64,000 nucleotides of DNA from Ptychomitrium polyphyllum. Its lineage: Eukaryota. The number at the start of each line of letters is the position of its first letter. The first letter of the stretch is position 1. Location of the stretch: positions 3,844,001 through 3,908,000 of the forward strand of contig OZ316776.1 in NCBI GenBank assembly GCA_973851085.1, written 5' to 3'. Below the pieces are notes generated by a model that did not search any database, had not been told where the DNA came from, and saw only the letters and a list, made by a program, of their open reading frames with translations. Of this stretch, positions 39,901 through 60,662 are shown piece after piece. Both the position numbers and the translations under genes were made by a program.

Positions 39901-40745
39901 ATTTCAAACTTGGATTCTTTAATATCAAAATACCTTGCCTAATATTTTTAGCACTTTCAAATAATGTAAGTTTTTTATAAAAGAAAACAAAACTTGGTTT
40001 GAATTCAACCTACTAAAGCTTATAAAAATTTGAAGTTGAATAAAAGAATAACAATTGATTTTTTATGCCATTATTGATTATATAAATAAAGTTTTTATCA
40101 AAGATATTAATGGCCTCTTTTAAATTTAGGAAAGAAAATAGAAAGTCAAAAAGGTTCTAAATGCCTTTGGCATTAAATATAAGTATGGTCCATTCTAATC
40201 TTTTTTTTTTTAAATCTCTATTTTTAACAATTATTTTTTAAAAATTAAAAAAACTATTAAAAATTATAGAGCCTTCAATACCAAAGAGATGCCGTTTTGG
40301 CCCCATTTTTCTTCAATATGAATACAAAATGGTTGCCCAAAGTACTAAAGACATCTATAATATCATTGAATATAAAAAAACCATATTCTTCTTAAATATG
40401 ATATGTTTTATATTTTCATAATTTAAAACATTGCATATTTTACAATATATTTTGTGTATGAGCAATTTGAGAAAGATACTTTAATATATTACGTTTGATA
40501 TAGATTTTTATGCAAATTGGGCCTTTTTCTTTCAATTTGAAACGGTCAATAAATATTCTTTGTTTTAAAAACATTCAGATATTAATGGAGCTTTTAATAT
40601 TTGAAAAATTGGAAATGATGGAATTTTCTTAATACTAAGAGTGTTTTGAAAGTGATTTAAATTTTTTAGAACGTGGATTTGTTCTTAAAATCAAAGATAT
40701 TCATTTAAACATTCATATCTAATCTAAAGCTTTATGACCAGTAGC

Positions 40746-41285
40746 TGTTACGGACATAAATCATGCAACATAGTTTTTAGAACCTTCTAGAATCTTCTGG
40801 TATATTATAATAGTTTCTTTAAAAACTTTCAATGCCTCCATAGTTGTTTCCACGTCCTTAGAAAATACCCTAGAAAAGTTCTATCACCTCAAGAAACTTC
40901 CTAGGAAGATTCTATCTCTTTAAGAAACTTCTTCAAAAGGTTCTACTAGTTTAGGAAACTTCCAAGGAAGATTCCAATTCCTTGTAAGCTTCTTAGAAGG
41001 TTCCAATATCTTGGAAAATTTATTGTGAAGGATCCATAGACTTCTAGAACATTCTTAAGCCTTATAGGAAGCTTCTTTAGAAGTATCTTAGGACATACAA
41101 GCGTCATAATATAAATAGGAGGTTAGACAAGGTATTCCTTAGTCTTACCAATACAAGTAGTGGATCCCATTGTTATTTTGCCTCGTTCTAGTCTTTGTAT
41201 AATGATCTTGTTAATCATTAGCTATTTGGAAGTTAATTATTTGGAAACTCTTTGTTTCTGCTTCTTGTTTCTTATATTTCTAACA
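40746..41285 (+). mobile_element. Isolated chromovirus-family LTR (540 bp), no TSD
   Basis: TG...CA ends (TGTTACGGAC...TCTAACA) and TATAAATA at ~41110. Clearly homologous to the LTRs at 42675, 46512 and 47136. The flanks GTAGC and ACTTG differ. Confidence 0.9.
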
Positions 41286-42674
41286 ACTTGTACATCACAT
41301 CTCCACAAATTCCAAAATTTGTTGTAGAAAAGAAGCAATATGTTTTGCTCGTTGTTCTTTGCCCACTGATTCAACTAGTCCTTGCAAGAAGTGCTAATGA
41401 CCACCAGCAAAGACTTTTGTTGTTGAAATGTCCTAGCTTAAGATTTTCTCTTAATTAAGTCCTACAAAACATCCTCCAAATAGAATCTCTGGTCCTCTAG
41501 GATTGACTTTTCCAACTTCTTATAAGATGACTAGAGTTTAAGCATCTAAATCAAGACTAGAATGTGAAAAGCGAGTAGCCAATATTACTGCACGACATGT
41601 TACTTGAAGTTGGAATGCCTCTTTTGTATCGTGGTTTAAATCCTCTGTTATTGAAGGTTCAAAAAGTTGAGTTGGCTCAACAAATGTTGTTATTGAAGAA
41701 GGCACCGCCAACTGCTCATCACGCATATCCAGAATAACACAAAGATTTGACATACTAGTTAGGATCTAGAGATGATCTATCTTGGAAATAATGTTGCATA
41801 TAATTGGAAGTTTAAATATCTCTACTCCCTTCTTATACTTGTCTATGGAAAAAACTTCTCCATGATGCTAATGGCTACTGATAACACGTCATCACGGACC
41901 TAATTTCTAAAGATATCTTTGATGAAATTTGCGTACCTTCTCAGATACATTTGTTTTGTTCATCAAAGGTTTCCATGTTCAGTCAATGATGCCGTATCCT
42001 TGCTAATGTATAAGATACTCCAATTGTCCATTCTTCATGCGTGAATCTAAGATCTCTTCAACTTTATATTCCATTTTATTATTGGTTTCCATTGAAAGAG
42101 GCAAAGGGACAACTTTCTTCAATATACATGATTTGTTGTATGTTTCCAACAACAATACATAGAATACTAGATGAAATTGCATGGTTGATAGTAGTTTGAG
42201 GTGATAGCTGACTGGATTTATCTATTTCCTGATTTTAAACGGTCCCAACCTTTGATAGTCTAGCTTATTTGACGGCCTTTTTGCTTGTATAATTTGTCAT
42301 AGAAGCCATATGCTATCTCCAACCTTGAACTTTGGATGGTCCTTCTAATAACGACGTGCATAAGTTTTGTATTGATCTTGAGTTTGTTGTAACTGGAAAA
42401 CAAGTTCTTGGTGGATTTTAGCAAATTGAGTTGCAAAATCCTCAGCTACAGAACTTCCAACATGCTTGACTTGAAATAGATCTATTCTAGGATGATGGCC
42501 ATAGTTTGTAAAGAATGTACTTTGATTTGTTGAGAATGCATCGTATTGTTGTAAGCAAACTCTGCCAAAGGTAAGAGGTTCATCCAGTTCTCTTGCTGAT
42601 AGTTTATGCTATAACAATGGTACTGCTCCAAAATTTAATTCACAAGTTTAATTTGACCATCAGCCTACGGATGG

Positions 42675-43162
42675 TGTTAGGGACACAAGAAATAAAAAGC
42701 AGAAACAAAGTATTTCCCAAGAATTAGCTTCCAAAGAGCTAATGAGTAACAAGAACTTGATACAAAGATTAGAACAAGGCAGGATTCAAGATGATTCACA
42801 ACTTGTATTGGCAAGACCAAGCAATACCTTATTTTGCCTCCTATTTATACTATGACGTTTGTATCTCCTAAAATACTTCTAAAGAAGCTTCCTATAAGGC
42901 TTAAGAATGTTTTGGAAGTCTAGGGAATATTCCTTGGAAGTTTCATGAGGTAGCGAAACCTTCTTAGGAAGTTTCTTAAAGATATAGAACCTTCCTAGGA
43001 AGTTTTTTAAGGTGGAAGAACTTTCCTAGGAAGCTTCCTAAAAATATGGAAAGGCTATGGAGACATTTAAAAGTATTTTAAGAAGCTATTATAGTATACT
43101 AAAAGATCTAGAATATTCTAGAATGTTCTAAGGAGTATGTTGCATGATCTATGTCCGTGACA
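42675..43162 (-). mobile_element. Solo LTR (488 bp) of the same family, inserted in the integrase, TSD GATGG
   Basis: TGTTAG...GTGACA flanked by GATGG at 42670-42674 and 43163-43167. Removing it restores the integrase SSAHHP(Q)ADGQ motif. Confidence 0.95.
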
Positions 43163-44278
43163 GATGGTGAGCTGAAGAAAGGTTCATTTTAATGCGCAAC
43201 AATTGGAATAGAGCCTTCCAAAAATTAGAAATGAAATGCGGCTTTCGATTGGATATAACATCATTACGTAGTCCATATATGCAGTAGACGTGATTATGAA
43301 GAACTTGAAAATTTCTTCTCCCATTACTGTCTTATTGCATGGAATGAAATGTGCCATCTTGATAAACCGATCCATTACCACCAAAATAGAATCTTTATAA
43401 TTAGAACTTGGAAGGTCCATGATAACATCCATTGACATTGACAACCATGGATTCTTTGGCACTGGAAAAAAATAGAAGAGACCATGAAGTTGGTGTCTTG
43501 GTACCTTGGCCCTTGCAGAAATGTTGCATGATCAAACAAAATCTTTCATGTATTTCTACAATTACGGCTTGCAATAGTCTCTAATAATCAACTCCATTGT
43601 TTTATTGATATAAAAATGCTTTGCTGTTAAAAAATTATGACATGTTTGAAGGATCTTCAATTATAAAGAGTCTGGAGGTAGGTATCAAAGTTCTCATTGT
43701 TATTTGAAGGATCTCCGTTGTCTTTGGAACGCTTCTTTATATTTGAAACAAAGACATCATTCTTTAAAGCCCTTCAAATTTTGTCAAGATGGAATGTTGC
43801 TGCAATAATTATTGTTTTCAACTGAAGATTTTGTGGTTTCAATAGAATAGTCTTTTGTTGATCCAAAATATCATCTTTAGGTTGAGGGGCTAAATAAGAT
43901 CATTTGTAATAAGGCATTTAGCTTACCTTGTAAGCTACTAAGTCAATAGGTAATGACAAAGTCAAATAAAAAAAGTAACATACTCCACTTTGCTTGACGG
44001 CAATTCAGAATGCGCGCACTCATGAGGCATTCCAAGTTCTTGTAATCTATGTATATTGTAGTGGTATATTAGACTCCTTCCAACAATTGCCGCCATTTTT
44101 CAAGTTTATTTACAATTGCAAGTAATTCTTTATCATGTATATCATAGTTGGTCTTTGCCGCTGAGAACTTCCTCAAAGAGAAGATAATAGGGTGGAATCT
44201 AATATATCAATTATTAAGGTGGTGGACTTCTATCAGTAATAAAAGCTTTGACCTTCTTTGGATCCTTAATAGTCCTTT

Positions 44279-45424
44279 TGTTGTGCACCTCTCCTTGAGG
44301 AGTGCCCGCAATACTGAAGGCACAAGGGGGACCTCGGAGTGACGTCCGGGACTTGTGGCGCTGATAGTGAGGGGAACTGAGTGGGCCTAGCGTGGGAAGG
44401 ATTCCTAAGGGGGAGAAACATCCTTGTCCATGTAAACCGAGGGCCACGAGGGATAGATGGCGGGCATTGGAAGAATCACAAAGAGCTGATTTTAGAATGC
44501 TAAAGATTGTCCAAATCAGACAAGGGAGCTAAAAGTTATGGCATCCCAAAGTTGGAGTTGCCAAGGGGCTGTTCTGGAATGTGGCAGCCCTACACAGTGA
44601 CTGTACTGGACTGCGACAGTCCAGCGAGGGACTCCTCGGGAGTCTCCAACCTTGAGAAAGGCGTATCTCCTACAACACTAACTCAAATCGGACGTTTAAG
44701 AAGTCAATCGGCATCTACGCAAAGAGTAAATGACGATAAAGTGGTGGCTCGATACATTTGGGCACCGGATGAGGAAGATTTGGCTCCCTGAAGGTCCGCT
44801 GGGAGTCCCGGAGGCTTCCAGCGGCTAAGTCCCAAGGGAGATTGGGTGGTCTTCCAAAACTTTAGGTGTGTCGGGGTTCAGCCAGCTATAGAGGGCCAGA
44901 GGGCCTGCCAAATCCCACAAAGAGTACTATAAGGGAGGGTTGGTCCCCCTCCCCACTCCCCTAGTGTTCCGGTAGAGACCAAGGGTGAGTCTCGGTTGAT
45001 GGAGCTAGTGTTGGAGCTTCACCACGGGGACTCCCACACCATTGTGAGCCGGTAGACGGCCGGTTTCACGGAGGGAACTAGCACGTTCAAAAGGGTATGT
45101 TTGTTACCACTAAGTTGGGGTGATGTCTTCACGTTGGCATCATGATGGCCCAGGTTGATCTTAGGATTACATGGGCATCATGAGTGGTGGTAAGGAGACA
45201 CCATTAAATGCGGTTAGGCCGTGTGGAATGGGAGTAACACCAAGTGAGGCCTTTGACATGAATGGAAGTCCGCACCTAACCATTGGCTACTAATAAATTG
45301 GGTGTTCTAAGAGAAATGGTAAAAAGACTTGGAAAGTGAAAATGGGGGTTAACCATGTGCATGTGGAGGTATAGAGGGTTGACGTGCATGACGCTTGCTA
45401 AGGTGAATTACAAGGGTTGCGACA
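44279..45424. mobile_element. GC-rich solo LTR (1146 bp) of a different family, inserted in RT, TSD CCTTT
   Basis: TGTTG...CGACA flanked by CCTTT at 44274-44278 and 45425-45429. Removing it rejoins RT ...YIISNKG to (M)DPKKVKA. GC content rises sharply across the insert. Confidence 0.88.
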
Positions 45425-46511
45425 CCTTTGTTGGAGATGATATAACTAAGCAATTCCACTTGAAATTTGTGGAATACTCATTTTTCCAGCTTGACATACA
45501 AACCGGCATCTCATAGTTTTTGTAGAATTATATGAACATGTCGTTCATGTTCCTCTGAATTCTTTGAATAGATTAAAATATCATCCAGATAACATACAAC
45601 AAAATTATTAAGGCACTTCCAAAATATGTCATTCATCAAATGCTGAAAAATGGCGGGTGCGTTGGTAACTTTAAAAGGCATGAAATTGTATTCAAAATGT
45701 CCATACCTTGTTCAAAAAGCCATCTTCCATTTGTCTCCTTCTTTGATGTGCACTAAATTGTAGGCTCTTTATAGGTCTATTTTTATATAAATCTTTGCTT
45801 GGCCGAGTTGGTCAAGAAGCCCAGATATCTGCGGCAATGGATATTGGTTCTTCATTGTCATTTTGTTGAGGCCATATTAGAATGACAGGCTATAAATTTC
45901 ATTTGAATAGTGCCATCAAAATAACAAGATTGATGCAAACTAAGGAAAAGCCTTACTTGTTGAACAAAGCCTCTTAACTTTGATCTTGATCCATCAAACT
46001 TATCTGGCATATTAATCTTTAGCTCTATATGGTTTCAATGTAAGCTTTCTCTTTTAATATTGGCCTCTTGCAATCAAACAACAACTTAATATAAACTTTG
46101 AATATCGCCACTGGATTCTTCAGTTTGCTAAGTGTGGTACTCTAAATTGTCGGTGGTGTTGAAGCAAGCGAGTTCTATTCTAATTGTGTTTAATAACTCT
46201 TGAAAGTTTGCAATAGTTGTAAACTTATTTTCTAATGTTCCAGGTGCGTTATTTATTACTCAAGAGAGCCAAAGGCAAGAAAACTATGAATACCTTCAAA
46301 GGAGTATAATTCATGTCCTTTTGAAAAATAATGCTTCTTCAAAAGAAGTAGTATTTGCTTTTAGAAGAAGAAACTAACTTTATAGTGTCTGCTTAGAGGA
46401 GAGTAATCCGCAACCTTTAAGATGCTATGAGATCCTAAAAAAGATGGGTAATCTACAATCTTCTTCAAAAAACCTTAGCAGTGATAAAGTTAAAGAGTAT
46501 TCTTGCTAAAT

Positions 46512-47084
46512 TGTTAGAGACACAAGAAATAAGAAGTATAAATGAAGTGTTTTCCAAGAATTAGCTTCCACAGACCTAATAATTAACAAGAATTGATTCA
46601 AAAACTAGAGCAAGGCAAAATAACAATATAATCCACAACTTCTGTTGGCAAGACCAAAGAATACCTTGTCTTGCCTCCTATTTATATTATGACGCTTGTA
46701 TGTCCTAGGATACTTCTAAAGAAGCTTCCTATAAAGCTTAAGAATGTTTTAGAAGTCTTTGGAACCTTTTCAAAAAGTTTTCTAAGGAAATGGAACCTTC
46801 CTTGGAAATTTCCTAAGGTTGTGAAACTTTTTTAGAGATTTTCTTTAAAAAGTAAAATCTTCCTAGGAAGTTTCTTGAGGTGATGGAATCTTCATAGGAA
46901 GTTTTTTGAATTGATGGAATCTTCCAAAGAAGTTTTTTGACGTGGTGGAACTTTTCTAGGAAATTTCCTAAAAACGTAAAAACGGTTATGGAGACATTTG
47001 AAAGTATTCTAAGAAACTACTATAATATATCAAAAGGTTCTAGAAGGTTCTAAAGACTATATTGCATGATCTATGTTCGTGACA
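46512..47084 (-). mobile_element. 5' LTR (573 bp) of the minus-strand chromovirus
   Basis: TG...CA ends; minus-strand TATAAATA at ~46686; followed on the minus strand by a leader and the gag fragment. Confidence 0.92.
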
Positions 47085-47582
47085 CAAGCTACAAAAAGAG
47101 CTCCTTATGGTATTCATCGCTAAAGGGAGTGATAATGTCATGGACATAAATCATGCAATATAGACTAAAAAACCTTCTAGAACCTTCTTGTATACTATAG
47201 TAGCTTTTTAAAAAACTTTCAATGCCTCCATATCCGTTTCCACATCCTTGAGAAATTTCCTAGAAAAGTTCCACAACTTCAAGAAACTTCTTAAGAAGGT
47301 TCCACTGTTTTAGGAAACTTCCAAGGAAGGTTCTAATTCTTTATAAGCTTCTTAGAAAAATTCCAACATCTTGGATAACTTCATAGAAAGGTTCCATAGA
47401 CCTTAAGAACATTCTTAAGCTTTGTAGAAAACTTCTTTAGAAGTATTCTAGGACATACAAGCGTCATAGTATAAATAGGAGGCAAGATAAGGTATTTCTT
47501 AGTATTACCAACATAAGTTGTGGATCATCTTATATCCTACCTTGTTCTAGTCTTTGTATCAAGTTTTTGTTAATCATAAGCT
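47085..47582 (+). mobile_element. 3' end of a plus-strand element of the same family: polypurine tract plus a truncated 3' LTR (47136-~47582)
   Basis: AAAGGGAGTGATAA lies directly before TGTCATGGACATAAATCATGC; TATAAATA at ~47470; homology to the other LTRs ends at ~47582. Confidence 0.85.
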
Positions 47583-50500
47583 TGAAAGAGTGAATCAAAG
47601 ATGAACTTTTTAGTATTTTACAAATGAATTTTTATATACCAAAGATTTTCAAAAAGGGTTTTCTTATATATTTTACTCAATAAATTGACACTACTTAAAT
47701 CAAATTCATATTTGTGGAATTATGAAAAAAATTCACAACATCATTATTTTTAATATTTGTAGTATATTTAGTATATTCCAACAAACATATTAGCAAAGAA
47801 ATTTCTATTAAAAAACACACTTGATGAAAAATCATATTTTAAAATTGTAGCCTTGATTACAAATTAAAAAAAAAAGGAAAAATGAATGTTGATGGCTTAG
47901 CTCCATTATTCACCATGATCTAAAATTTTAAAAAAGTCCTACAAAGTGATTGCTTTGAAAGCCAAAACAAAGAAGGAAAATATATAAAATGTTGTAAAAA
48001 GAGAAACAAAAATGAATATTTTATAATACAAGGAAATAAAGAAAAATGAGGGCAAAATATCAAGAAGCATACCAAGACACATAGAAGATTTAATAGAAGT
48101 CCTTGTTTTGCTTTATACTCAAGCATTCTATCAGTCTTCCACCATGGCCAATTTAAAAGTTCTTTCTATTAACATATTTTAAGAAATACACTGATTCCTT
48201 ATAATCTTTCTCTTCAAAAGTGCATAGGACTTTTATTTGTTATACAACATTTGTATGCAATGGAAAAATCCTTGCAAAAAAAACAAATTCTTTACATAAA
48301 GCTGAGTTCTTCAATAATATAATATTTAAACATGATTTGAAAATAGTTGATATCTTCTTCATGTTTGCATATCTAAATGCAATTGGCTTGCAACGGAAGT
48401 AATTGATTGGAGGTAGAATTATATAATTTAGATTGAACTGGTTACATTTACATATGCAATCAAAATTCCTTTCAAGAATTCTAATGTATTGTTAAAAAGA
48501 GCTTTTGAGAAAGGATATTTCTTATTTGAATTCTTTGCTCTCAATCTTTATTAATTTACATCCTTCCAGCTTGTTTTTTCAGTTGTCTTTTTTAATTCCA
48601 TACTTTTACAAATGTTTAATATTTTTAATTTCAAATAAAATCAAATACTTGTTTTGATTGTGTATAAAATATAATCCATTGCTTGAATAGATGTGCATTT
48701 GGTTTGAATCAAATAATTGATTAAATTAAGTAAATCAAAATTCATTCTTCAAAATGTTGAATTATAAAGTTCTAGCATATAATCTTATAAAATAATTAGT
48801 GTTCTATATTTTCAAATTAAAGCATTAGACTTTACTAAATCAATATTCAAATGGAACTTTTCATAGCACATACATGACAAAGTACACATTAAATGACAAA
48901 AGTAACACTACAATTTAATTCAAATTATCTAAATGAAAACATTGTTTGGAATTAAACTTGTTATTATTTTTATTATTTTTAATTTAGTTTCTTATTGATT
49001 TCCTATAAATCTTGACAAATCCTACATCTATAAAGCGGATTTTTTTATAATTTTGGAAGAATTCATAAATTATAGATTCCATTCTTTTATAATTTTGGAA
49101 GAATTCATAAATTATAATTGCCATGTAAACAAAAGGTGCATTCCACCTCATCTTGCCTTATTACAACCTTTGAGCATGAAAAGCCTTTTGCATAAAGTCA
49201 AATTTTAAGGATTGTTTAATTTAAATTATTATGACTAATTGAAAATTTGGTTTACAACCTCTTACCATTAAATGAAATTGCCCCTTATTTTTCAAAGTTG
49301 TATTTTTTGATTTATCAAGAGCCTTATCAAGAGGCTCATGTTTGAAGCTTTTGTAAGAATGTTAGCCTCTTTAGTTAGCAATTCTATTGCAATAGACCTT
49401 CTTTCTTTCATCCATCATGTACTTATTTTTAAAATTTTATTTAAATAATATATTTCTTATTGAAGAATGCTTTGAAACAAAAATAAAACTTGTTGCTTAA
49501 AATTTGGTAAATTACTTTAAGACATAAGTAAGACTTTCAAAATCTAAATTGTATTTTGTCAACATCTTGGAAATTTTTACAGATATTTATTGTTTGATGA
49601 GATGTATTATCAATTTAGCATTAAAAAAAAGAAAAGATTAATAAACATACAAATATAAAAATAACACAAATAATTTTGGTTCAAATGAATGATGTCAATA
49701 TCTCTTTTTCTTTAATAAAATCTAAATAATAGAATATCAATTATTATTATTTTATGAGGAATAAATCAATTGTATCTCTATGGAACAAAAATAATGGAAA
49801 GTGTCAAGTATAAGACAATGTCATGGTGAAATTGATATTATACATCCTAAATCCATTTTAGAGTAAAATCATTAAATACAAAACATTTAATTTTTGTATT
49901 TAATCATTTTACACTTTAATGTTTACACTTTGATGGCATTTAAAAACCTTTCACATTGTAACAACCTTGCAAATAACAACTTTTCAATGTTAGGAAGCAC
50001 TAAAAGTTTGCCTTATAATAAGAGCAAATGAAGTATTAAGCAACTACTAGAATTTCTTCCATCCTCTCATACACAAGCTTTTTTGAAGCATGAAAGGTTG
50101 GATGTACAATGTTGATCTTTCCTTGCCATACCAATACCTCATTTGTCAAACAAATTTCCAAATTAGAATCCAAACTATAAAATTGTACATCTTTCATAAG
50201 AATTTTAAAAAAAAACTATTCCTTTTTAATACCACACTGAATGACTACCTTTCATATAAAATGCGCCCTTATCATGCATTGTCATATTTTAAACTTTCCT
50301 CCCATATAGCCTCCAGTGGGCAAATGATGGTAGAACTCTGCTTTTTTGTAGTCAACTCACTTTTATTTTATATAAACTTTCTGTCCATCAAGTCTACGTG
50401 ATATCCTGTAATGAACCATCAATAATAAAATGGAAGTGTATGCATTTGGAAGTGAAAGCGTGACAGTGTGAATTAATTTGGTGACTCGAGTCGCAAACGA

Positions 50501-52489
50501 TTGCAGGGTTATGCCATCTACAATTGCAGCAATGGCGAAGGCAGGGATACATCTGTACGCACTTCTTTCGCCAACTGCGGCGGAGAGAATGCGGTCCTCA
50601 GCGCTTCTTCTTGGCTTAAACTTGTCGTGACTTGTCGTGGCTTGTTGTGCCGTGCCATGTGCTGTTTTTCTTACTGTTTGTTGACTGGATACTGGTCAGA
50701 AGCTATGGCTTGTACCGTGCCAAGGGTTTGTTATCTGAAACCCTTGGGAGTCTCGTCGAACGGTTGGTTGTGGTCTTCACCCGTTCCGATCTGCTGCGGG
50801 TCCCAGCGTGCGCGTTTACCTGTCTGACTCTAGAATCGGACGGCTGGCTGGCTGCGGAGGCGAGCAGGATCGACACTTGGCGTTCGGAGGTGTAAAAAGG
50901 CTACTAGAGGCACTGTTACTTTCTTTTCGAGGACGGCAACTGGTAAGAGATACCTATAACGTATTGGTAAGAGATACATGTTTCTTTGTCCTCTTTTTCT
51001 GTATTAAGGTTAGAATGCTTAAGAGGTAGGCTTATTGTATTTCTATGTTATTTCTTCTGAATCGCGTGTAAATGGCGTGTGTGATTAAAAGAGCATGTTG
51101 TGCAGTTGCGGTTGCTGTTTGAGTGGAGTTTATTCAGCCGCGTAGAGAGTACTCACTGGCTGATGATTGATGATGTCTTCTAATGCGCTTTATTTAACCT
51201 TGTCATTTTTGCCATAAATGAAGGGAACGTTTTTTCTTGAGCTGGAATTGCCGTTCTGGTGTTCTCCGGTGGCGCACATGAACTTCGTGGTGGAGGACTT
51301 TCGAAAGTTAGCCAATTGGATTCCTGAAGGATTTATTTGAAAACTTACATGGCCGAGCTAATTTTAGCAGGTTTCGGTTTCTGCTGATTTGTTTCCATGC
51401 AACTTTTATTACGAACAGTTGGACAGAAGCATGGAGCTCGTGAGTGTCTAGGGATTAATGTTTCAGAGAGATGATATTGTTTAGGGGAAAGGAGGTGACA
51501 TATCATACTTGAGCAGAAGGAGCAGGTCGCCATCATGGTACAGTGTAGGAGAAACAGACAGGGCGCATTGATTGTTGCACATGACCTTGAAGTGGCTCTG
51601 TGTCTACTAGAGAAGTGTATGTAGGAAGATATACCTTACGGACAATAAGAGTTGATTGCACTTTCAGTTGTCTCTGCCGTTTTCTTTGTTGTCCAGGATG
51701 TGTATATGTCGAGGAAACGATGGGAGGAACTTTGTTTCTGCTTTTTGAAGTTTTATCAAGCTCTTCTATGATCGCGGCTTTGTAATTCTATTGTTTAGCA
51801 GACTATTGTTCTTTGTACGGCCATGGGCAAGCTCAAGGTTAGTGTTGTTGAGGCGTTGTGATTTCAAGGATATGAAAAACGTTTGTGGTTTGGAATCTTG
51901 AGATGATTGGATGAGAGCTGTTGAATTGCTGAACCGGGAGTGAAGGTTTCTAGTAGAAGGTTTATCGAGGCATCCACGTTCAATTAGAAAATGTGTCAAG
52001 GTTACGTGGATTACATCTTGCATCAACTCTCCTGTTAAATTATTTTTTGTGTTTAACGATTTTGTTTTTAGAGTTCGACAACTGCTCGAGGTGCTGGTTT
52101 TGGTCTGTATGTCTATTGAGCCTCTGTGTACGAGTTGGTGGTGAAACTCGACAATCTGGGCTGAAAATTAGAGCTGACTTTCTTGTGACAGCATAGTTCT
52201 ATTTCTTCTAAATTATCTTTTTCTACAATGTTGAGGTGCAGCTAATTTTCAGATATCGTTGCTGTGGTTTCGTGAGGATGTGCTTGCAAGATTCAATAAA
52301 CAACGAGATTTCGAGGCATCACCGCGTGCAGAAGGTTCAGGTGTCACTACCTGTTACCGCAAAAGCGTGAGCGACACGGTCTATATGAATTTTCTCTTGA
52401 ATATGAGCAACGCTCTGGAGCAGAACTGGAGGAATTGATCCCACCATAAACGTGCTTTTAATTGAAGCTCAAATTGGATCACAAGGGTG

Positions 52490-60662
<8,173 letters not shown>

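Larger units (their letters stand above)
41892..47084 (-). mobile_element. Decayed Ty3/gypsy chromovirus: 5' LTR 47084-46512, gag fragment, RT, RNase H, integrase, chromodomain; internal deletions, 3' LTR missing
   Basis: Minus-strand motifs with many stops: gag PDKFDGSRSKLRGFVQQVRLFL (~46010); RT YPLP, GHFEY and YLDD (45580-45591); RNase H NYDIHDKELLAIV; integrase PWLSMSMD...LVVMDRFIKMAHFIPC, LSSAHHP*ADGQ and KLDYQRLGPFKI; chromodomain EYKVEEILDSR...EYLIH*QGY (42071-41892). Confidence 0.93.

Noticed and set aside
37450..40740. AT-rich tract as a decayed TE or viral relic (also 47600-50400 and 60950-62450)
   Set aside because: No identifiable motif or termini by eye; only an (AT)n run near 38340 and a small duplication near 49040-49115.
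41286..41890. Internal region belonging to the LTR at 40746
   Set aside because: No PBS, gag or PPT matching the family, so its origin is unresolved.
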